DNA from: Auanema rhodensis | Lineage: Eukaryota > Animalia > Nematoda | Assembly (NCBI GenBank): GCA_964057225.1 | Contig: OZ059896.1 | Coordinates: 22,382,001 to 22,446,000 of the forward strand | Direction: 5' to 3' | DNA length: 64,000 nucleotides | Notes under the pieces: model-generated | The model's database searches: none | What the model was told of the DNA's origin: nothing | What the model saw: the letters and a program-made list of their open reading frames with translations, nothing else | Translations under genes and position numbers: made by a program | Shown here: positions 53,801-64,000 of the stretch, in pieces | Numbering within the stretch: position 1 is the stretch's first letter | Layout of the letters: the number at the start of each line of letters is the position of its first letter

Positions 53801-56800
53801 TTCAAACGATCATAACTAATTTTTGTATTAAGCGTTTCTCAATGTAGTATAGTGCATTCGATGCGGATTTTTAAGCTGCGTCGATCTGTGTTATCAGATT
53901 TGCGCTAGCTTAAAAATGCACCGAGATATCAACTGATATAAGTTCACACTTATATCATCGATTTTCACCCTGAAGAATTAATTTTTTCGTTGAATAACAT
54001 TGTCCATCGTCTTTGCCTTAAAAAAAGGAATCTAAAAACATCTACTTTTTGCTAAATTATCTTGAAAGTTTTCGAAAAAATTTTTGTCAAAATGTTTTTG
54101 GAAGCAATGTTGAGTGTACATGGAAACTCAACATACACTAATGCATCATTTTTCAAACGATCATAACTAATTTTTTATTAAGCGTTTCTCAATGTAGTAT
54201 AGTGCATTCGATGCGGATTTTTAAGCTGCGTCGATCTGTGTTATCAGATTTGCGCTAGCTTAAAAATGCACCGAGATATCAACTGATATAAGTTCACACT
54301 TATATCCTCGATTTTCACCCTGAAGAATTAATTTTTTCGTAGAATAACATTGTCCATCGTCTTTGCCTTGAAAAAAGGAATCTAAAAACATCTACTTTTT
54401 GCTAAATTATTTTGAAATTTTTCGAAAAAATTTTTGTCAAAATGTTTTTGGAAGCAATGTTGAGTGTACATGGAAACTCAACATACACTAATGCATCATT
54501 TTTCAAACGATCATAACTAATTTTTGTATTAAGCGTTTCTCAATGTAGTATAGTGCATTCGATGCGGATTTTTAAGCTGCGTCGATCTGTGTTATCAGAT
54601 TTGCGCTAGCTTAAAAATGCACCGAGATATCAACTGATATAAGTTCACACTTATATCATCGATTTTCACCCTGAAGAATTAATTTTTTCGTTGAATAACA
54701 TTGTCCATCGTCTTTGCCTTAAAAAAAGGAATCTAAAAACATCTACTTTTTGCTAAATTATCTTGAAAGTTTTCGAAAAAATTTTTGTCAAAATGTTTTT
54801 GGAAGCAATGTTGAGTGTACATGGAAACTCAACATACACTAATGCATCATTTTTCAAACGATCATAACTAATTTTTTATTAAGCGTTTCTCAATGTAGTA
54901 TAGTGCATTCGATGCGGATTTTTAAGCTGCGTCGATCTGTGTTATCAGATTTGCGCTAGCTTAAAAATGCACCGAGATATCAACTGATATAAGTTCACAC
55001 TTATATCCTCGATTTTCACCCTGAAGAATTAATTTTTTCGTAGAATAACATTGTCCATCGTCTTTGCCTTGAAAAAAGGAATCTAAAAACATCTACTTTT
55101 TGCTAAATTATTTTGAAATTTTTCGAAAAAATTTTTGTCAAAATGTTTTTGGAAGCAATGTTGAGTGTACATGGAAACTCAACATACACTAATGCATCAT
55201 TTTTCAAACGATCATAACTAATTTTTGTATTGAGCGTTTCTCAATGTAGTATAGTGCATTCGATGCGGATTTTTAAGCTGCGTCGATCTGTGTTATCAGA
55301 TTTGCGCTAGCTTAAAAATGCACCGAGATATCAACTGATATAAGTTCACACTTATATCCTCGATTTTCACCCTGAAGAATTGATTTTTTCGTTGAATAAC
55401 ATTGTCCATCGTTTTTGCCTTGAAAAAAGAAATCTAAAAACATCTACTTTTTGCTAAATTATTTTGAAATTTTTCGAAAAAATTTTTGTCAAAATGTTTT
55501 TGGAAGCAATGTTGATTGTACATGGAAACTCAACATACACTAATGCATCATTTTTCAAACAATCATAACTAATTTTTGTATTAAGCGTTTTTCAATGTAG
55601 TATAGTGCATTCGATGCGGATTTTTAAGCTGCGTCGATCTGTGTTATCAGATTTGCGCTAGCTTAAAAATGCACCGAGATATCAACTGATATAAGTTCAC
55701 ACTTATATCCTCGATTTTCACCCTGAAGAATTAATTTTTTCGTTGAATAACATTGTCCATCGTCTTTGCCTTGAAAAAAGGAATCTAAAAACATCTACTT
55801 TTTGCTAAATTATTTTGAAATTTTTCGAAAAAATTTTTGTCAAAATGTTTTTGGAAGCAATGTTGATTGTACATGGAAACTCAACATACACTAATGCATC
55901 ATTTTTCAAACGATCATAACTAATTTTTGTATTAAGCGTTTCTCAATGTAGTATAGTGCATTCGATGCGGATTTTTAAGCTGCGTCGATCTGTGTTATCA
56001 GATTTGCGCTAGCTTAAAAATGCACCGATATATCAACTGATATAAGTTCACACTTATATCCTCGATTTTCACCCTGAAGAATTGATTTTTTCGTTGAATA
56101 ACATTGTCCATCGTTTTTGCCTTGAAAAAAGAAATCTAAAAACATCTACTTTTTGCTAAATTATTTTGAAATTTTTCGAAAAAATTTTTGTCAAAATGTT
56201 TTTGGAAGCAATGTTGAGTGTACATGGAAACTCAACATACACTAATGCATCATTTTTCAAACGATCATAACTAATTTTTGTATTAAGCGTTTCTCAATGT
56301 AGTATAGTGCATTCGATGCGGATTTTTAAGCTGCGTCGATCTGTGTTATCAGATTTGCGCTAGCTTAAAAATGCACCGAGATATCAACTGATATAAGTTC
56401 ACACTTATATCCTCGATTTTCACCCTGAAGAATTAATTTTTTCGTAGAATAACATTGTCCATCGTCTTTGCCTTGAAAAAAGGAATCTAAAAACATCTAC
56501 TTTTTGCTAAATTATTTTGAAATTTTTCGAAAAAATTTTTGTCAAAATGTTTTTGGAAGCAATGTTGAGTGTACATGGAAACTCAACATACACTAATGCA
56601 TCATTTTTCAAACGATCATAACTAATTTTTGTATTAAGCGTTTCTCAATGTAGTATAGTGCATTCGATGCGGATTTTTAAGCTGCGTCGATCTGTGTTAT
56701 CAGATTTGCGCTAGCTTAAAAATGCACCGATATATCAACTGATATAAGTTCACACTTATATCCTCGATTTTCACCCTGAAGAATTAATTTTTTCGTAGAA

Positions 56801-57129
56801 TAACATTGTCCATCGTCTTTGCCTTGAAAAAAGGAATCTAAAAACATCTACTTTTTGCTAAATTATTTTGAAATTTTTCGAAAAAATTTTTGTCAAAATG
56901 TTTTTGGAAGCAATGTTGAGTGTAAATGGAAACTCAACATACACTAATGCATCATTTTTCAAACGATCATAACTAATTTTTGTATTAAGCGTTTCTCAAT
57001 GTAGTATAGTGCATTCGATGCGGATTTTTAAGCTGCGTCGATCTGTGTTATCAGATTTGCGCTAGCTTAAAAATGCACCGAGATATCAACTGATATAAGT
57101 TCACACTTATATCCTCGATTTTCACCCTG

Positions 57130-60100
57130 AAGAATTGATTTTTTCGTTGAATAACATTGTCCATCGTTTTTGCCTTGAAAAAAGAAATCTAAAAACATCT
57201 ACTTTTTGCTAAATTATTTTGAAATTTTTCGAAAAAATTTTTGTCAAAATGTTTTTGGAAGCAATGTTGATTGTACATGGAAACTCAACATACACTAATG
57301 CATCATTTTTCAAACAATCATAACTAATTTTTGTATTAAGCGCTTTTCAATGTAGTATAGTGCATTCGATGCGGATTTTTAAGCTGCGTCGATCTGTGTT
57401 ATCAGATTTGCGCTAGCTTAAAAATGCACCGAGATATCAACTGATATAAGTTCACACTTATATCCTCGATTTTCACCCTGAAGAATTAATTTTTTCGTTG
57501 AATAACATTGTCCATCGTCTTTGCCTTGAAAAAAGGAATTCAAAAACATCTACTTTTTGCTAAATTATTTTGAAATTTTTCGAAAAAATTTTTGTCAAAA
57601 TGTTTTTGGAAGCAATGTTGAGTGTACATGGAAACTCAACATACACTAATGCATCATTTTTCAAACGATCATAACTAATTTTTGTATTAAGCGTTTCTCA
57701 ATGTAGTATAGTGCATTCGATGCGGATTTTTAAGCTGCGTCGATCTGTGTTAACAGATTTGCGCTAGCTTAAAAATGCACCGAGATATTAACTGATATAA
57801 GTTCACACTTATATCCTCGATTTTCACCCTGAAGAATTAATTTTTTCGTAGAATAACATTGTCCATCGTCTTTGCCTTGAAAAAAGGAATCTAAAAACAT
57901 CTACTTTTTGCTAAATTATTTTGAAATTTTTCGAAAAAATTTTTGTCAAAATGTTTTTGGAAGCAATGTTGAGTGTACATGGAAACTCAACATACACTAA
58001 TGCATCATTTTTCAAACGATCATAACTAATTTTTGTATTAAGCGTTTCTCAATGTAGTATAGTGCATTCGATGCGGATTTTTAAGCTGCGTCGATCTGTG
58101 TTATCAGATTTGCGCTAGCTTAAAAATGCACCGAGATATCAACTGATATAAGTTCACACTTATATCCTCGATTTTCACCCTGAAGAATTGATTTTTTCGT
58201 TGAATAACATTGTCCATCGTTTTTGCCTTGAAAAAAGAAATCTAAAAACATCTACTTTTTGCTAAATTATTTTGAAATTTTTCGAAAAAATTTTTGTCAA
58301 AATGTTTTTGGAAGCAATGTTGATTGTACATGGAAACTCAACATACACTAATGCATCATTTTTCAAACAATCATAACTAATTTTTGTATTAAGCGCTTTT
58401 CAATGTAGTATAGTGCATTCGATGCGGATTTTTAAGCTGCGTCGATCTGTGTTATCAGATTTGCGCTAGCTTAAAAATGCACCGAGATATCAACTGATAT
58501 AAGTTCACACTTATATCCTCGATTTTCACCCTGAAGAATTAATTTTTTCGTTGAATAACATTGTCCATCGTCTTTGCCTTGAAAAAAGGAATTCAAAAAC
58601 ATCTACTTTTTGCTAAATTATTTTGAAATTTTTCGAAAAAATTTTTGTCAAAATGTTTTTGGAAGCAATGTTGAGTGTACATGGAAACTCAACATACACT
58701 AATGCATCATTTTTCAAACGATCATAACTAATTTTTGTATTAAGCGTTTCTCAATGTAGTATAGTGCATTCGATGCGGATTTTTAAGCTGCGTCGATCTG
58801 TGTTAACAGATTTGCGCTAGCTTAAAAATGCACCGAGATATTAACTGATATAAGTTCACACTTATATCCTCGATTTTCACCCTGAAGAATTAATTTTTTC
58901 GTAGAATAACATTGTCCATCGTCTTTGCCTTGAAAAAAGGAATCTAAAAACATCTACTTTTTGCTAAATTATTTTGAAATTTTTCGAAAAAATTTTTGTC
59001 AAAATGTTTTTGGAAGCAATGTTGAGTGTACATGGAAACTCAACATACACTAATGCATCATTTTTCAAACGATCATAACTAATTTTTGTATTAAGCGTTT
59101 CTCAATGTAGTATAGTGCATTCGATGCGGATTTTTAAGCTGCGTCGATCTGTGTTATCAGATTTGCGCTAGCTTAAAAATGCATCGATATATCAACTGAT
59201 ATAAGTTCACACTTATATCCTCGATTTTCACCCTGAAGAATTAATTTTTTCGTAGAATAACATTGTCCATCGTCTTTGCCTTGAAAAAAGGAATCTAAAA
59301 ACATCTACTTTTTGCTAAATTATTTTGAAATTTTCCGAAAAAATTTTTGTCAAAATGTTTTTGGAAGCAATGTTGAGTGTACATGGAAACTCAACATACA
59401 CTAATGCATCATTTTTCAAACGATCATAACTAATTTTTGTATTAAGCGTTTCTCAATGTAGTATAGTGCATTCGATGCGGATTTTTAAGCTGCGTCGATC
59501 TGTGTTATCAGATTTGCGCTAGTTTAAAAATGCACCGAGATATCAACTGATATAAGTTCACACTTATATCCTCGATTTTCACCCTGAAGAATTGATTTTT
59601 TCGTTGAATAACATTGTCCATCGTCTTTGCCTTGAAAAAAGGAATCTAAAAACATCTACTTTTTGCTAAATTATTTTGAAATTTTTCGAAAAAATTTTTG
59701 TCAAAATGTTTTTGGAAGCAATGTTGAGTGTACATGGAAACTCAACATACACTAATGCATCATTTTTCAAACGATCATAACTAATTTTTGTATTAAGCGT
59801 TTCTCAATGTAGTATAGTGCATTCGATGCGGATTTTTAAGCTGCGTCGATCTGTGTTAACAGATTTGCGCTAGCTTAAAAATGCACCGAGATATTAACTG
59901 ATATAAGTTCACACTTATATCCTCGATTTTCACCCTGAAGAATTAATTTTTTCGTAGAATAACATTGTCCATCGTCTTTGCCTTGAAAAAAGGAATCTAA
60001 AAACATCTACTTTTTGCTAAATTATTTTGAAATTTTTCGAAAAAATTTTTGTCAAAATGTTTTTGGAAGCAATGTTGAGTGTACATGGAAACTCAACATA

Positions 60101-60700
60101 CACTAATGCATCATTTTTCAAACGATCATAACTAATTTTTGTATTAAGCGTTTCTCAATGTAGTATAGTGCATTCGATGCGGATTTTTAAGCTGCGTCGA
60201 TCTGTGTTATCAGATTTGCGCTAGCTTAAAAATGCATCGATATATCAACTGATATAAGTTCACACTTATATCCTCGATTTTCACCCTGAAGAATTAATTT
60301 TTTCGTAGAATAACATTGTCCATCGTCTTTGCCTTGAAAAAAGGAATCTAAAAACATCTACTTTTTGCTAAATTATTTTGAAATTTTTCGAAAAAATTTT
60401 TGTCAAAATGTTTTTGGAAGCAATGTTGAGTGTACATGGAAACTCAACATACACTAATGCATCATTTTTCAAACGATCATAACTAATTTTTGTATTAAGC
60501 GTTTCTCAATGTAGTATAGTGCATTCGATGCGGATTTTTAAGCTGCGTCGATCTGTGTTATCAGATTTGCGCTAGTTTAAAAATGCACCGAGATATCAAC
60601 TGATATAAGTTCACACTTATATCCTCGATTTTCACCCTGAAGAATTGATTTTTTCGTTGAATAACATTGTCCATCGTTTTTGCCTTGAAAAAAGAAATCT
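57130..60700 (+). repeat. Local 3-mer periodicity (1053 bp), about three units
   Basis: GTTAACAG occurs at 57753, 58806 and 59859, GGAATTCAAAA at 57541/58594, GCATCGATAT at 59184/60237 and TAGTTTAAAA at 59523/60576. Confidence 0.88.
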
Positions 60701-63700
60701 AAAAACATCTACTTTTTGCTAAATTATTTTGAAATTTTTCGAAAAAATTTTTGTCAAAATGTTTTTGGAAGCAATGTTGAGTGTACATGGAAACTCAACA
60801 TACACTAATGCATCATTTTTCAAACGATCATAACTAGTTTTTGTATTAAGCGTTTCTCAATGTAGTATAGTGCATTCGATGCAGATTTTTAAGCTGCGTC
60901 GATCTGTGTTATCAGATTTGCGCTAGCTTAAAAATGCACCGAGATATCAACTGATATAAGTTCACACTTATATCCTCGATTTTCACCCTGAAGAATTGAT
61001 TTTTTCGTTGAATAACATTGTCCATCGTTTTTGCTTTGAAAAAAGAAATCTAAAAACATCTACTTTTTGCTAAATTATTTTGAAATTTTTCGGAAAAATT
61101 TTTGTCAAAATGTTTTTGGAAGCAATGTTGATTGTACATGGAAACTCAACATACACTAATGCATCATTTTTCAAACGATCATAACTAATTTTTGTATTAA
61201 GCGTTTCTCAATGTAGTATAGTGCATTCGATGCGCATTTTTAAGCTGCGTCGAGCTGTGTTATCAGATTTGCGCTAGCTTAAAAATGCACCGAGATATCA
61301 ACTGATATAAGTTCACACTTATATCCTCGATTTTCACCCTGAAGAATTGATTTTTTCGTTGAATAACATTGTCCATCGTTTTTGCCTTGAAAAAAGAAAT
61401 CTAAAAACATCTACTTTTTGCTAAATTATTTTGAAATTTTTCGGAAAAATTTTTGTCAAAATGTTTTTGGAAGCAATGTTGATTGTACATGGAAACTCAA
61501 CATACACTAATGCATCATTTTTCAAACGATCATAACTAATTTTTGTATTAAGCGTTTCTCAATGTAGTATAGTGCATTCGATGCGCATTTTTAAGCTGCG
61601 TCGAGCTGTGTTATCAGATTTGCGCTAGCTTAAAAATGCACCGAGATATCAACTGATATAAGTTCACACTTATATCCTCGATTTTCACCCTGAAGAATTA
61701 ATTTTTTCGTAGAATAACATTGTCCATCGTCTTTGCCTTGAAAAAAGGAATCTAAAAACATCTACTTTTTGCTAAATTATTTTGAAATTTTTCGAAAAAA
61801 TTTTTGTCAAAATGTTTTTGGAAGCAATGTTGAGTGTACATGGAAACTCAACATACACTAATGCATCATTTTCCAAACGATCATAACTAATTTTTGTATT
61901 AAGCGTTTCTCAATGTAGTATAGTGCATTCGATGCGGATTTTTAAGCTGCGTCGATCTGTGTTATCAGATTTGCGCTAGCTTAAAAATGCACCGAGATAT
62001 CAACTGATATAAGTTCACACTTATATCATCGATTTTCACCCTGAAGAATTAATTTTTTCGTTGAATAACATTGTCCATCGTCTTTGCCTTAAAAAAGGAA
62101 TCTAAAAACATCTACTTTTTGCTAAATTATTTTGAAATTTTTCGAAAAAATTTTTGTCAAAATGTTTTTGGAAGCAATGTTGAGTGTACATGGAAACTCA
62201 ACATACACTAATGCATCATTTTCCAAACGATCATAACTAATTTTTGTATTAAGCGTTTCTCAATGTAGTATAGTGCATTCGATGCGGATTTTTAAGCTGC
62301 GTCGATCTGTGTTATCAGATTTGCGCTAGCTTAAAAATGCACCGATATATCAACTGATATAAGTTCACACTTATATCCTCGATTTTCACCCTGAAGAATT
62401 AATTTTTTCGTAGAATAACATTGTCCATCGTCTTTGCCTTGAAAAAAGGAATCTAAAAACATCTACTTTTTGCTAAATTATTTTGAAATTTTTCGAAAAA
62501 ATTTTTGTCAAAATGTTTTTGGAAGCAATGTTGAGTGTACATGGAAACTCAACATACACTAATGCATCATTTTTCAAACGATCATAACTAATTTTTGTAT
62601 TAAGCGTTTCTCAATGTAGTATAGTGCATTCGATGCGGATTTTTAAGCTGCGTCGATCTGTGTTATCAGATTTGCGCTAGCTTAAAAATGCACCGAGATA
62701 TCAACTGATATAAGTTCACACTTATATCATCGATTTTCACCCTGAAGAATTAATTTTTTTTCGTTGAATAACATTGTCCATCGTCTTTGCCTTAAAAAAG
62801 GAATCTAAAAACATCTACTTTTTGCTAAATTAATTTGAAATTTTTCGAAAAAATTTTTGTCAAAATGTTTTTGGAAGCAATGTTGAGTGTACATGGAAAC
62901 TCAACATACACTAATGCATCATTTTTCAAACGATCATAACTAATTTTTGTATTAAGCGTTTCTCAATGTAGTATAGTGCATTTGATGCGGATTTTTAAGC
63001 TGCGTCGATCTGTGTTATCAGATTTGCGCTAGCTTAAAAATGCACCGAGATATCAACTGATATAAGTTCACACTTATATCCTCGATTTTCACCCTGAAGA
63101 ATTGATTTTTTCGTTGAATAACATTGTCCATCGTTTTTGCCTTGAAAAAAGAAATCTAAGAACATCTACTTTTTGCTAAATTATTTTGAAATTTTTCGAA
63201 AAAATTTTTGTCAAAATGTTTTTGGAAGCAATGTTGATTGTACATGGAAACTCAACATACACTAATGCATCATTTTTCAAACGATCATAACTAATTTTTG
63301 TATTAAGCGTTTCTCAATGTAGTATAGTGCATTCGATGCGGATTTTTAAGCTGCGTCGATCTGTGTTATCAGATTTGCGCTAGCTTAAAAATGCACCGAG
63401 ATATCAACTGATATAAGTTCACACTTATATCCTCGATTTTCACCCTGAAGAATTAATTTTTTCGTTGAATAACATTGTCCATCGTCTTTGCCTTGAAAAA
63501 AGGAATCTAAAAACATCTACTTTTTGCTAAATTATTTTGAAATTTTTCGAAAAAATTTTTGTCAAAATGTTTTTGGAAGCAATGTTGAGTGTACATGGAA
63601 ACTCAACATACACTAATGCATCATTTTTCAAACGATCATAACTAATTTTTGTATTAAGCGTTTCTCAATGTAGTATAGTGCATTCGATGCGGATTTTTAA

Positions 63701-64000
63701 GCTGCGTCGATCTGTGTTATCAGATTTGCGCTAGCTTAAAAATGCACCGATATATCAACTGATATAAGTTCACACTTATATCCTCGATTTTCACCCTGAA
63801 GAATTGATTTTTTCGTTGAATAACATTGTCCATCGTTTTTGCCTTGAAAAAAGAAATCTAAAAACATCTACTTTTTGCTAAATTATTTTGAAATTTTTCG
63901 AAAAAATTTTTGTCAAAATGTTTTTGGAAGCAATGTTGAGTGTACATGGAAACTCAACATACACTAATGCATCATTTTTCAAACGATCATAACTAATTTT

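Larger units (their letters stand above)
1..64000. repeat. Tandem satellite DNA array, 351-bp monomer, ~182.5 copies, extending beyond both window ends
   Basis: Monomer starts (TTAATTTTTTCGTTGAATAAC or a one-base variant) recur at 1, 352, 689, 1040, 1391, 1728, 2079 ... 7681 and onward. Spacing is 351 bp except at 14-bp-deletion and 1-2-bp indel copies. Copies differ at only a few positions each and share one orientation throughout. Confidence 0.99.

Noticed and set aside
1-64000. CRISPR-like array (regularly spaced palindromic repeats)
   Set aside because: The sequence between hairpins is itself repeated almost identically in every unit. There are no unique spacers, leader or cas genes.
1-64000. 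Tandem array of RNA genes (5S rRNA, tRNA, snRNA, spliced leader) or a satellite hammerhead ribozyme
   Set aside because: I recognise no Pol III A/B/C boxes, cloverleaf or SL exon. CTGAAGA (344-350) matches the hammerhead CUGANGA core, but it is often mutated to CTAAAGA or CTGAAGG and I could not build the flanking stems. An Infernal/Rfam scan of a monomer dimer would settle this.
1-64000. Long coding tandem repeat (351 is divisible by 3)
   Set aside because: The ORF track shows nothing longer than 68 aa, and frame-shifting indels (-14, -1, +2) have been amplified freely.

Overview
The whole 64-kb window is one uninterrupted, head-to-tail satellite DNA array of a 351-bp AT-rich monomer. There are about 182.5 copies, and monomer 1 is about 31% GC by manual count. 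All copies lie on the same strand, and I saw no inversion, insertion or unique sequence. I found no credible protein-coding gene, RNA gene, CRISPR array or transposon; the three listed ORFs arise from single-base loss of a stop codon in individual monomers. Three things stand out. (i) The monomer is built largely from inverted repeats: four to five dyads cover roughly half of it. (ii) Several local variants perfect these quasi-palindromes. (iii) Diagnostic SNPs and indels reveal local, shifting higher-order repeats (1-, 2-, 3-, 4-, 5-, 6- and 8-mer duplications) and distinct haplotype domains along the array. The picture fits eukaryotic (peri)centromeric or heterochromatic satellite, possibly from an invertebrate; that assignment is inference. 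I see no support for a novel protein-based system here.
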